Translations under genes and position numbers: made by a program
Notes under the pieces: model-generated
Told to the model about the DNA's origin: nothing
What the model saw: only the letters and a program-made list of their open reading frames with translations
Databases searched by the model: none
Part shown: piece after piece, positions 18,723 to 27,038 of the stretch
Layout of the letters: the number at the start of each line of letters is the position of its first letter
Position numbering within the stretch: the first letter of the stretch is position 1
IMG/VR virus record: IMGVR_UViG_3300032212_000043
Location: 1 to 41,912 of that record
From: a virus
Lineage: Duplodnaviria; Caudoviricetes
Length of the DNA stretch: 41,912 nt
Direction: 5' to 3' (one strand)

Positions 18723-18991
18723 TCCTCACTCCCAGCCCTGAGCAGTCGAATGCAGTGCAGGGCTACCGAGAAGTCCGCAGGGCCGTAGATGCTTGCCCCG
18801 TACACGGCTGCACCCTCAGTGGCGTCTGACTCATTCCCGCTGTTCGCCATCTCCATGGCATAGGCGAATGGCCCGCGCTCCTCGACGGGGAACCAGTCTG
18901 GCCAAAGCCAGTCCGAACACCCGCGCGAAACCTTCCCTTCAACGTAAAGCTCCAGCATGTGCGCAGCGAGACGCCGGTGCAGCGCCTTCAT
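18719..18991 (-). CDS. Hypothetical protein
   Basis: ATGA coupling on both sides. Confidence 0.65.
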   Translation of the reverse strand: MKALHRRLAAHMLELYVEGKVSRGCSDWLWPDWFPVEERGPFAYAMEMANSGNESDATEGAAVYGASIYGPADFSVALHCIRLLRAGSEE

Positions 18992-19215
18992 CCCTCACCC
19001 CCAACCCGCTCGCACACGCCGTCATGGTCCTTGCGCAGCCCGCAGCCAGAGCGGCATCGCGCTGCCCTGACCTCCCCCAAACCTCCCGGCTGTGGCCCGG
19101 GGTCGTAGGCCACCCCAGCCAGCCAGCCGGGGGTAAACGGGTCTGCGGTGCATACGTGGATGTGGCCGGGCTTGTCGCTGCGGGTCTGGTCGCACGCTTT
19201 GCAGACGGTGATCAT
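18988..19215 (-). CDS. Small Cys/His-rich protein
   Basis: ATG at 19215 in an ATGA overlap. CxxC..HxC and CxxxC..HxGxC motifs. Confidence 0.55.
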   Translation of the reverse strand: MITVCKACDQTRSDKPGHIHVCTADPFTPGWLAGVAYDPGPQPGGLGEVRAARCRSGCGLRKDHDGVCERVGGEG

Positions 19216-19469
19216 GGCCGCTCCTTGCGGCTTCCAACCCACTGCACAGCCGCGCCGGAAGACCCGATGCTGATCACGGTGAAGACCTGAACCTCCATCA
19301 CATCGCGGGGCGGCTCGGTCTGCCCCATGACCTCGACGGTTTCTCCGAGGCTGCGAACGTGGATGGAGGCGAACGTGGATGCAGCGTGCGGGGCGCTGTC
19401 GCAGGGGCCGTGCTGGTCTTCCTGCCGCTCCCACCGGCCCGATGCTGGCTTCTTTGCGAACCAGATCAT
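19212..19469 (-). CDS. Hypothetical protein
   Basis: ATG at 19469 (MIWFAKK) in an ATGA overlap, with GGAG SD. Confidence 0.6.
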   Translation of the reverse strand: MIWFAKKPASGRWERQEDQHGPCDSAPHAASTFASIHVRSLGETVEVMGQTEPPRDVMEVQVFTVISIGSSGAAVQWVGSRKERP

Positions 19470-19696
19470 GACCGCTCCGGGGGCTTGCAGGGATGGATTT
19501 CGAGGATTGTCCACTTGCCGCGTATGGTGTGGCCATGGTCCTCTTTGTAGACCGGGTCACCAGCGCCTTCATTGGCAAGGCAGAATCCGTCCGGCCAGCG
19601 GGTTTGACGCCGTGCAAGCATCCAAACAGGCCCATCCGGGCCGGTCACCCACAGCCAGTACCATTTGTTTTGTTCGGTGTCTTTGTAGTCGATCAT
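19466..19696 (-). CDS. Hypothetical protein
   Basis: ATG at 19696 (MIDYKD) in an ATGA overlap, with AGGAG SD. Confidence 0.6.
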   Translation of the reverse strand: MIDYKDTEQNKWYWLWVTGPDGPVWMLARRQTRWPDGFCLANEGAGDPVYKEDHGHTIRGKWTILEIHPCKPPERS

Positions 19697-19965
19697 TGGT
19701 TCTCCTGTGTCGGATATGCGCTGAGGTTCAGCCCGATGGCTGGGATCTCGTCGGTCGGCATGCGCTCCAGCAGCTCCTCTGCCTCGGCACCCGCCCATGC
19801 AATCCGGTCCTCTGTCTGGATGGCCCGAGCACGCCGCCCAGCCGGGTGGGTCGCACGCTGCGGGATGGGCAGGCGATGGAGTCGCCAGAGCCCGACCAGC
19901 GCCAGCGCCAGGCATCCGAGGAAGACCGCGCAGAGGAGCCCGAGGGTGACCTGCTCGACGGTCAT
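19693..19965 (-). CDS. Single-pass membrane protein
   Basis: N-terminal TM helix. Coupled. Confidence 0.65.
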   Translation of the reverse strand: MTVEQVTLGLLCAVFLGCLALALVGLWRLHRLPIPQRATHPAGRRARAIQTEDRIAWAGAEAEELLERMPTDEIPAIGLNLSAYPTQENQ

Positions 19966-20258
19966 GGTGCGGCTTCCAGGGCGGCGACGAGGGCTGCTAC
20001 TTCAGTGGGGCACATTGGCGCGATGTCCCGGTTGCAGTCCCACACGTCCCAAACCAACTCACCTTCATGGGTGCCGGCGATGGCGTGTATGCTGTCGTCG
20101 CTGTGAGCCTCCCGGACCACCGCCAGCAGACAGCCGGAAGCCGCCGCAGAGGGCCAGCCGAACACCTCGACAGCCTTGTAGAAGTCGCGAGTGGTTGCGG
20201 TGTCTACGCCAGCAAGGGCGCGGTCAATGCGGTAGAGCTGCCCGGCTGTGGTGTTCAT
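19962..20258 (-). CDS. Hypothetical protein, paralogue of the upstream gene
   Basis: Shares the GCLL..V..AH and ALVAALEAA motifs. Confidence 0.65.
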   Translation of the reverse strand: MNTTAGQLYRIDRALAGVDTATTRDFYKAVEVFGWPSAAASGCLLAVVREAHSDDSIHAIAGTHEGELVWDVWDCNRDIAPMCPTEVAALVAALEAAP

Positions 20259-20674
20259 GCTGCCTCCAGAGCAGCAACGAGGGCCTCTGCCCGGCTGTCA
20301 AGATGGGTTGTGACCCGGTGAGATGACCCCGATCCGTCATGAATCCACACGCTCCAGACCCTGCCCGTCGTGCGCACCACAGAAACGTCCTCGACAGTCA
20401 CGCCGTGCGCGGTGGCAATGAGTACCAGCATTGCTCCACAGGTGGACGGGTCGGATGGGTCGGGGATTGCATTGGTCATGATCCACCGGCCATACTCGGG
20501 CCGATCTTCCTCGGAGCATCCGAGCCATTCCAAATTGGCCGATGGGGCTGTGAGTCGGATGGGGGTGCAAGTCCCGCCATCACCACAATCCACGACCGTC
20601 AGCATCCCCGGCATCCACCGCCAGTCCTTGCAGGCCACAGCGCGGCGCCCCAACGCGATCAGTTCCTCAGTCAT
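20255..20674 (-). CDS. Hypothetical phage protein (WRWMPGM motif)
   Basis: ATG at 20674. LGRRAVACKDWRWMPGM...PDPSDPSTCG...EALVAALEAA. Confidence 0.7.
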   Translation of the reverse strand: MTEELIALGRRAVACKDWRWMPGMLTVVDCGDGGTCTPIRLTAPSANLEWLGCSEEDRPEYGRWIMTNAIPDPSDPSTCGAMLVLIATAHGVTVEDVSVVRTTGRVWSVWIHDGSGSSHRVTTHLDSRAEALVAALEAA

Positions 20675-20993
20675 GACTGATGCCGCATGTATCGGTAAGC
20701 ACGTAGACAGCATTCTCACACTCCCTCAATTCTATCTCTGCTCTTCGGCGGGCTGTGTCAGTGCACCCATTGGCCGCGATGGCTACTGCACAAACAGCGC
20801 CGATCACCAAGCCGGCGAACCCGTACGCGGTCAGGCGCTCGCCGAACCAATCACGCCTCCTCACCTTGGCTTTGGCTGCTGATTCCCGATCTAAGAACCA
20901 TGCTAGCACCTCCTCACGGTCGGACCCATCGAGATGGTTAAGGGCTGCTCTTGCCCTCTTTTCAATTAGATCTGAACTGCTCTGGTCGCTCAT
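20667..20993 (-). CDS. Membrane protein
   Basis: One TM helix. GGAGGAG SD. Confidence 0.6.
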   Translation of the reverse strand: MSDQSSSDLIEKRARAALNHLDGSDREEVLAWFLDRESAAKAKVRRRDWFGERLTAYGFAGLVIGAVCAVAIAANGCTDTARRRAEIELRECENAVYVLTDTCGISHD

Positions 20994-21220
20994 CGCTCCT
21001 CCCCAATATTCTTTGCAGCCGCCTTGAGAATCGCCCGCACCTCGGCCAGTGACAGCCCCTCACGCGGTCCAATCTCCACGACCGTCTCGCCTGCCCGGTC
21101 CTGGTAGACAAGCACGGTGATCACGTCCTGGAGACGGTGGCCAGGGTCGGGGTTGACGCCTGCGACGGCAACGATTGCCGCTCTGAGGCGCTCTCTGATG
21201 TGGTAGCCGGTGGTGGTCAT
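20990..21220 (-). CDS. Hypothetical protein
   Basis: ATGA coupling. Confidence 0.65.
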   Translation of the reverse strand: MTTTGYHIRERLRAAIVAVAGVNPDPGHRLQDVITVLVYQDRAGETVVEIGPREGLSLAEVRAILKAAAKNIGEER

Positions 21221-21477
21221 CCGGTCACCTCGATCACGTCAACGGAGGAGCCGCGCGGCTCATTCATCTCGTCGTCGTGCCGGAGGCGGACCCCGTACGC
21301 GGCTGACAGTCCACCGGATGCGTCTCGGTAGACACCAGCGCACTCGTACGCCTTTTCGATGGCGAGGACCTCTGGATCCTCGCCCTGCTGATCCGCATCG
21401 CTGGCGTCAACCTCGACGGTCACAGTCGCCCACGCAATGAACGGAATCGTCACGTCGAACTTCTTGGTATCAGGCAT
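21217..21477 (-). CDS. Hypothetical acidic protein
   Basis: ATG at 21477 (MPDTKK) with GGAG SD. Confidence 0.65.
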   Translation of the reverse strand: MPDTKKFDVTIPFIAWATVTVEVDASDADQQGEDPEVLAIEKAYECAGVYRDASGGLSAAYGVRLRHDDEMNEPRGSSVDVIEVTG

Positions 21478-21478
21478 C

Positions 21479-21733
21479 TCATATCTCCAGGTCAGGGGTG
21501 TAGGTCCGGGCTGGCGCATCCAGCAGCCGGTCAATCGAGTGCTGAGTCGGCGCCCACGTCCGGACATCAGCATTGGGGTCGGTGAGCACGTCCGACGACA
21601 GGATCGCCTCACGCTCACAATCCACGCACAGTCCGCGATCAGAGCCGGGGCTCAGGGCGCCCACAGGATGGCTCACGGCGGTCCCGCAGGCGCAGTGGTA
21701 GGTGTGGACGCGACGGAGGAGTTGGAGGGTCAC
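21479..21733 (-). CDS. Small Zn-ribbon protein
   Basis: CxC...CxxC. GTGA coupling. Confidence 0.6.
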   Translation of the reverse strand: MTLQLLRRVHTYHCACGTAVSHPVGALSPGSDRGLCVDCEREAILSSDVLTDPNADVRTWAPTQHSIDRLLDAPARTYTPDLEI

Positions 21734-22158
21734 TGGCCGGCCTTCTCTTTGGCCACCTCAGCGCTTCGTAGGTCTTCAACCAGATTGCGCAGGGTGAGCA
21801 GGAAGAACTCCGGGATGCGGGTGTAGTGCCCGGGATTGACGGGGTTGCCTGTGTCCATCCTGAATCGAAACCGGGAGTACCCCCACTCATCCATCAGGGT
21901 CGCCGTGTCTTCGTCCCACTCGACGAGTCGCCTTACGAAGGTTGCCCCGGTGCGGTCCCTGGTAGGGACTGGTGGCATGGTCCCCGCAGCTTTGGCGATC
22001 AACTTGCAGCGCTCGGCCAGCAGCTCGCTGTAGCGCTTGATTTCCTCCTGACCAAGCGTTGTGTGCGACCCAAAGCCCTTCCCGAGGTCGAGTGCTGCCC
22101 CGATCTGGATGTCAAGTCGGGCCAGCCGCTCCTGGAACGGTTTGTTGTGCTTCATCAC
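21730..22158 (-). CDS. Hypothetical protein
   Basis: GGAGGT SD. Overlaps the XRE gene stop. Confidence 0.65.
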   Translation of the reverse strand: MMKHNKPFQERLARLDIQIGAALDLGKGFGSHTTLGQEEIKRYSELLAERCKLIAKAAGTMPPVPTRDRTGATFVRRLVEWDEDTATLMDEWGYSRFRFRMDTGNPVNPGHYTRIPEFFLLTLRNLVEDLRSAEVAKEKAGQ

Positions 22159-22454
22159 TCTGCACCTCCGGTCGTCTCAAGCAACTCGATGATCTTCCGC
22201 TGCTCGTCAGCCGGAAGCCCGGCCAGCGCCTTGAGTGTGCGGTCACCCACCGCGCTCAGCCGTCCATTCTGGAGCCAGTCAAACGTTACACCGCAGTAGC
22301 TTGCAATGGATTTCAGGGTGTCGTCAGAGGGGCGTCGGTGACCGTTCTCCCAATCGCAGATTGCGACGTGCGAGCACTCGATCAGCCCCGCCAGTTGACG
22401 CAGGGACAACCCTGCTTGAGTTCGTGCATGCCTGATTCGTTCGCCAGTAGTCAT
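22155..22454 (-). CDS. XRE-family HTH transcriptional regulator (probably leaderless)
   Basis: GERIRHARTQAGLSLRQLA...ICDWENGHRRPS. Confidence 0.9.
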   Translation of the reverse strand: MTTGERIRHARTQAGLSLRQLAGLIECSHVAICDWENGHRRPSDDTLKSIASYCGVTFDWLQNGRLSAVGDRTLKALAGLPADEQRKIIELLETTGGAE

Positions 22455-22460
22455 ACACCT

Positions 22461-22489
22461 ACGGTAGCGGGTGTAAGCGCACAGGTCAA
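22461..22489 (-). promoter_or_regulatory. Sigma70-type promoter TTGACC-17-TACCGT
   Basis: The -10 box ends 6 nt before the XRE ATG. Confidence 0.7.
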
Positions 22490-22496
22490 CCACCAA

Positions 22497-23027
22497 TCAA
22501 GCCGCAATCCTCCGACGCTTCAGATAGTCCAGCGCGGGCTGTAGGTAGTCGAGGGCGTACCCCTTGGGTGCGTACGCCACTGCCATCCCATCCATTTGCT
22601 CAGCCGTCAGGGACGCCTCACCGCGTTTTGCCTGCCTGGTGTGCCTGCGGGTCCACCACGGCTCTACGCGGTCCCAGGGTAGCGCCCACGACCCCTGTGG
22701 GGTGTTGACCAGCAGCAGACCCAGCCCACCGTGATGCTCGACTGCGTTCAGCGTCTGCGCCTGATGAGGCTCCAACAGGATGAGCTTCCAGCGCCTCTCC
22801 TGCGTGCTCTTGGCATCAGCCATCAGGGTCAGCCCTTCGGAGAGGATCGTGTAGTCCGGCGCCCCGGTCTTGCGGAACGTCGCCCCGATGATCTGCCCGC
22901 CCCTTCCGCGCTTGATGGTGACCTCGGGATGGTTGCGAGTGACCTGTGCCCGGCCCGAGGACTGGAGGGCGTAGTGGTAGCGGTCGAGCTGGCGCTCCCA
23001 GAGCTTGCCCCGATTTGCGGTGCTCAT
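22497..23027 (-). CDS. recU: Holliday junction resolvase, RecU family
   Basis: NRGKLWE, PDY, DAKST and HQ motifs are colinear with RecU (NRGMxLE, DY, EAKET, HQ). Confidence 0.85.
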   Translation of the reverse strand: MSTANRGKLWERQLDRYHYALQSSGRAQVTRNHPEVTIKRGRGGQIIGATFRKTGAPDYTILSEGLTLMADAKSTQERRWKLILLEPHQAQTLNAVEHHGGLGLLLVNTPQGSWALPWDRVEPWWTRRHTRQAKRGEASLTAEQMDGMAVAYAPKGYALDYLQPALDYLKRRRIAA

Positions 23028-23560
23028 GTTCGCTCCAGCAGGGTGAGGACTCGCTTAATGAGTCGGGCCTGTTGCCAGGCTGACTCCAGGGTGGACGCGC
23101 TGTCGTCTATCAAATTCCGCGCGTCCATGGACGCAAACTCAGCCGGAGATGCCCCGAGGCAGGACTGAACCGCGCCGTGACGCTGGCCCACCCATGCTGA
23201 AGCAGCCCATAGGGCTTCAATGGCTTCAGTCTCGTCTCGCCAAACGGCCAGCAGTACATCAAGGCACCACGCCCGCTGGCAACGTTCCCACATGAGCTGC
23301 GTTCTTCGAGCACACATGACCGCGTGTCGCTGACCCTCTCGACGCAACTCCTCCCCGTTGACTCCAATGCTCAGGATTTCCCCAGGGAATTGCCACCAGT
23401 CCAACTCATCCAGCATGGCCGCTGGGTCTATCGGGAGCGCCCTGCACAGTTCAATGGCTTGACGAGCAATGGCTGGGCTGACCACCTCCAAAACATCCCC
23501 GCCCTCGATCACCAATGCGCTCCTCAGCAGGTCACCAGGCCCGAATCGTTCCGCACTCAC
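23024..23560 (-). CDS. Hypothetical protein
   Basis: Coupled on both sides. Confidence 0.65.
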   Translation of the reverse strand: MSAERFGPGDLLRSALVIEGGDVLEVVSPAIARQAIELCRALPIDPAAMLDELDWWQFPGEILSIGVNGEELRREGQRHAVMCARRTQLMWERCQRAWCLDVLLAVWRDETEAIEALWAASAWVGQRHGAVQSCLGASPAEFASMDARNLIDDSASTLESAWQQARLIKRVLTLLERT

Positions 23561-23781
23561 TTCTCACCCCGCAGCACAGCCGTGATCCGGTCGTGCATCT
23601 CACCCGCAGGCAGTGCCGCCCAGCCCTCGCACAGCCGCTCCTCCATGGCGTCGACCACCTCGACAGGTAAGCCGCCGATGTAGGACGTCAGCGCAGCCTC
23701 GCCCGCCGCAGTATTGGGCGCTCTGGGGTCTGCCATGTTGCAGAGGATCTGGAGATTGATCATGGTTTTACGGTGCGTCAT
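23557..23781 (-). CDS. Hypothetical protein
   Basis: GAGGTG SD. Coupled. Confidence 0.65.
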   Translation of the reverse strand: MTHRKTMINLQILCNMADPRAPNTAAGEAALTSYIGGLPVEVVDAMEERLCEGWAALPAGEMHDRITAVLRGEK

Positions 23782-24047
23782 GGGGTCACCTCAATGTGTG
23801 CGGTGCAGCCGTCCTGCTGCCCGTTTATGTACGCAGCCGCCTCCGCTGCCCTGGCGTGCTGGTCGGCTTTCTCGCTGGTTGTGAAGCGCTTCAGCCAGCG
23901 ATGACCGCGCGGCTGGTCGCTCCCCGGCTTCTCTGGCGTCCAGAACCGAATCAGCTTGCAGTGCGCGGGCTGGCCGGGCCGTGGCTTGAGGATGAGGCGA
24001 TGACAGGTGCGGCACAGGGGGCGCCGAGCCATGGGGATGGCGCTCAT
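23778..24047 (-). CDS. Small Cys-containing protein
   Basis: CxxC...C...C. ATGA overlap with dnaB. Confidence 0.6.
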   Translation of the reverse strand: MSAIPMARRPLCRTCHRLILKPRPGQPAHCKLIRFWTPEKPGSDQPRGHRWLKRFTTSEKADQHARAAEAAAYINGQQDGCTAHIEVTP

Positions 24048-25411
24048 CGTCTGCCCCTCGCTGTGGTCGGCAAATCTTCTCGGTCAAAGTGCGTGCCGGT
24101 CGTGGGGTCCCATGCCAGCTGTACCGTGACATTCCGTGGGCCGGTGCGGTTCTTCCCAACGATCCAGTCCACGTCAAACTCTGGAGCGTGGTCATCGTAG
24201 TAGCCGGGGCGGTAGCAGAGGATCACCATGTCGGCGGTATTCTCCATCATGGTCGAGTCTGCGAGGTTGCTGATTCTCGGGATGGCATCTACAAGGTTCT
24301 CCGCTGCCCGATTGATCTGAGCAAGGCAGAGAATCCAGATCCCCAGCTCTTTGGCCAGTTTCTTCAGCGCCTTGACCCATCCCGAGGTTGCTTCGCTCTG
24401 GCGCTGCCCGGGTGCGGCTTCCATCAGTCCGATGTAGTCCACGACCAGACCGCAGAGCGGGGTCTCTGATCGCCTGTGCATTGCCTGCTGTCGGCGTGCG
24501 TAGCTCCGGAGCTGCCGGATGGTGTAGACGTCGCTGTCCTGGATGTGGATGGGCAGGCTGCTGTAAGTCGGCAGGGCGCCCCGAATCTTCCGCTTGTCAG
24601 ACGCTGTGAGGCGATGCAATCCCTTCTCCCCCATGTCCCGGTAAGGCACCCCGGAAAGCTGGGAGATGTACCGGTCTGCCTGCTGCTGCGATGGCATCTC
24701 CAGGGACGCGAAAGCCACCCGGCTCCCGTTCATCGCCATGTTGAGTGTGACGCAGACGGCCCCGACGCTCTTACCCATCGATGAGCGTCCACCGAGCACG
24801 ATCAGTTCACCGGGGCCAAACCCGTCGATGATGTGATCGAGGTTGCTGATTCCAGTCGGGGAGTAGTTCGGGCGATCGTTGGGGTCGCGGTCAAGCCGTG
24901 CGGCAAGGTCGGACGCTCCTGCCGAAGTGGTCAGCCCGTTGTCTGGGCGGTCACTCTCCAGCCGTTCCCACATCTGCTCGATCTTCTCCTGGACGGCCTC
25001 GACGTGGGTGGAGGGCTTGCCGTAGATGGGCTGCTTTGCCTGCTGGGTGATCCAGTTGCCCCCCTGTGCCAGCCGTCGCAGGTACGCCAGACTGCGCACG
25101 TTGTCGATGTGCGGGTCGACCGTCAGGGGCGGGTCGTCTGCCAGGCTGCTGATGAACTGGATGCCTCCGAACTCCTGCGCCTGCTGGGTGAGCATGACTG
25201 CCTCATAGACCGCCATGCGCTCCAGGCTGAGGCCCTCGTCTGCTCGGTCGAGCAGAAACCGGTAGAGCCGTGCGTGCGGTGCTCGGTAGAAATCCCGAGC
25301 AGAGAGGCCAGTGGCGTGAATGTCGGGGAGGTCCATGCCATCGCTGCCCATGATGCAGGCAAGGATTGCGCGCTCTGACTCGATGCTGTGCAGTTCGTTG
25401 TCGCGGCTCAT
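24044..25411 (-). CDS. dnaB: Replicative DNA helicase, DnaB family
   Basis: HSIESERAIL N-domain, Walker A GRSSMGKS, SLEM, VVDYIGLM, AQINR and KNRTGP. Confidence 0.95.
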   Translation of the reverse strand: MSRDNELHSIESERAILACIMGSDGMDLPDIHATGLSARDFYRAPHARLYRFLLDRADEGLSLERMAVYEAVMLTQQAQEFGGIQFISSLADDPPLTVDPHIDNVRSLAYLRRLAQGGNWITQQAKQPIYGKPSTHVEAVQEKIEQMWERLESDRPDNGLTTSAGASDLAARLDRDPNDRPNYSPTGISNLDHIIDGFGPGELIVLGGRSSMGKSVGAVCVTLNMAMNGSRVAFASLEMPSQQQADRYISQLSGVPYRDMGEKGLHRLTASDKRKIRGALPTYSSLPIHIQDSDVYTIRQLRSYARRQQAMHRRSETPLCGLVVDYIGLMEAAPGQRQSEATSGWVKALKKLAKELGIWILCLAQINRAAENLVDAIPRISNLADSTMMENTADMVILCYRPGYYDDHAPEFDVDWIVGKNRTGPRNVTVQLAWDPTTGTHFDREDLPTTARGRR

Positions 25412-26622
25412 GCTGCCACCTCCAGACGCCAGCGTGCGTCAAACGCTTTGATGAACTTGCGCCGGAGCTGCTTCCGGTCCCAGTCGTTGAGCATCCTAAG
25501 CGCTCGCCATGCAAACCCGACAGAGGACGTCTCGGTCAACTCCTGGAGAACCGTGAGGACCATCGGGTCAACACGATCATCATCCGGGTACAGCCGCCAA
25601 TGGTCCCTGATGCCCGGGGTGTGCCTGGACTCGCTGCGGGTGTACGATTTCTCAATGGTTGCCCAGACGTTGGCCCCGGTGATGGCCGTGGATGCCCCTC
25701 CCAGGAGCGTCAGGGGTGCCCCAGCGCTTTGTGCGCGCTCCAGGTACCCCAGGAAGTTCTTGGCCCTGAGCAGGGTGTCTGCCGGGGTCTTCCAGTTGTC
25801 CCGGTTCCACTTCGCGTCAGGGCTGTTGATAAACCAGCGGAAAACAGTGAGAACATCCTCCTCGCTGCTCTCCTTGATCCGAGCCTTGATTGCGGTGCGC
25901 CGGGAGTCGTTCAACTTCCAGGCTCGTTCACCGGAGGCACGGCGCAGATCGTTGACCTGTTCCCAGACACGGGCTGCACCGCTCGCCGGCGTGCTGCTGC
26001 CTCCTCCTCTGAGGTCTGTAGGAACTCCTGCAACGTCCCCAGCCTGCCGAGGAGCGACTCCAGCATCCTCAGCCTCTGGTGCGGCGGGACGCTCACCAGT
26101 TCTTGGCAGACCAGCGAAGAGACATCCTCCAGCCATTCGCGTTGGTCCGCGTACGTCATCAGAAGCCTCGCTGTTGTTCTTGTGATCTGTGATCTGTGTA
26201 CTGTGTAGATCCGCGCGTGTGGACGCCGGTGGTACGGGAGTGGTACGCGGCTGGTACGCAGCGGACGGTTCAACCTGTGTTTCCAGCGACGGCGTGGTAC
26301 GGGAGTGGTACGCGGCTGGTACGGAGGTGGTACGCTCGCCCGCGAACCGGGGATCTTTCCAGACCTGCTCAGCCTTCAAGAGCGAGCGGACACGGCGGTC
26401 CGGCCAGCCCCAGCGCTTGCGGAAGTAGACCCGGCCAGAGAACCGAAGACGCTTTTTGAGCCGGACCTCGGAAGCGTGGACGCGCAGGTCATGCGCCGCC
26501 TGCCCTTCTGTCCACGGCTGCGGGAGATGCTCCGCGACCTCATGCCAGACCTCGGACGGGAGTGGTTCCCAGCCTGCACGTAGGAGGTTGGACGCCATCG
26601 CGTCGGGTGTGTTATGCTTCAT
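25408..26622 (-). CDS. Replication initiator protein (lambda O-like organisation)
   Basis: Directly upstream of dnaB. N-terminal wHTH (KRWGWPDRRVRSLL), internal iterons, and C-domain with PADTLLRAKNFLGYL. ATG at 26622 with AAGGA SD. Confidence 0.8.
   Translation of the reverse strand: MKHNTPDAMASNLLRAGWEPLPSEVWHEVAEHLPQPWTEGQAAHDLRVHASEVRLKKRLRFSGRVYFRKRWGWPDRRVRSLLKAEQVWKDPRFAGERTTSVPAAYHSRTTPSLETQVEPSAAYQPRTTPVPPASTRADLHSTQITDHKNNSEASDDVRGPTRMAGGCLFAGLPRTGERPAAPEAEDAGVAPRQAGDVAGVPTDLRGGGSSTPASGAARVWEQVNDLRRASGERAWKLNDSRRTAIKARIKESSEEDVLTVFRWFINSPDAKWNRDNWKTPADTLLRAKNFLGYLERAQSAGAPLTLLGGASTAITGANVWATIEKSYTRSESRHTPGIRDHWRLYPDDDRVDPMVLTVLQELTETSSVGFAWRALRMLNDWDRKQLRRKFIKAFDARWRLEVAA
26172..26334. 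other. Probable replication origin: 7 TGGTACG iterons plus an adjacent AT-richer tract
   Basis: TGGTACG at 26230, 26241, 26252, 26295, 26306, 26317 and 26328 (11-bp period). TGTGATC repeats at about 26180-26200. Confidence 0.75.
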
Positions 26623-26636
26623 GTGATTCCTTCTGG

Positions 26637-26685
26637 GGGCGACCAAGTTTAGCGGCTGGTCGCCCCTTCCTCTTTTATAGCACAG
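26637..26685 (-). promoter_or_regulatory. Extended -10 promoter (TGcTATAAA) and leader hairpin upstream of the initiator
   Basis: A 10-bp stem GGGGCGACCA/TGGTCGCCCC lies just downstream of TGCTATAAA. Confidence 0.45.
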
Positions 26686-26703
26686 CGGGTTTCTGAACGG
26701 TCG

Positions 26704-26925
26704 TTACGACTTCTGGTCGATGAGCCAGGCGCCGTCCTTGATGGTGAGCTGCCAGCCTGCGCGGTCGAGGGCTTCTGCAATCTGGTAGCCGGACGTAGTG
26801 AGCCCGGACGGGTCGAATGGGATGGGCTTGCCGGCCCATGTGTTGAGGGCGTCCGCGATGCGTTGGAGGTCGCGGTGGTAGGGGCTGCGTGATGCGATGA
26901 CTTCTGCGGGGGTGGGGATCACCAT
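26704..26925 (-). CDS. Hypothetical protein
   Basis: Reads MVIPTPAEVIAS...; overlaps the upstream stop. Confidence 0.6.
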   Translation of the reverse strand: MVIPTPAEVIASRSPYHRDLQRIADALNTWAGKPIPFDPSGLTTSGYQIAEALDRAGWQLTIKDGAWLIDQKS

Positions 26926-27038
26926 GTCGTTACACCAAAATGGTGGTCGGCAATATCCACAGCGGCTTGCCACGAATGTCCTTCGGACATCAAGCGCTGC
27001 ACCATGTACGCGTGAGCCTCAAGATCTCTGTCTTTCAT
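26919..27038 (-). CDS. 39-aa hypothetical protein
   Basis: ATG at 27038 overlaps the TGA of the MTase catalytic frame. AGGAAG SD. Confidence 0.55.
   Translation of the reverse strand: MKDRDLEAHAYMVQRLMSEGHSWQAAVDIADHHFGVTTW

Noticed and set aside
26230-26334. CRISPR or DGR repeat pair
   Set aside because: These are short phased iterons in the initiator gene, and no reverse transcriptase is present in the genome.
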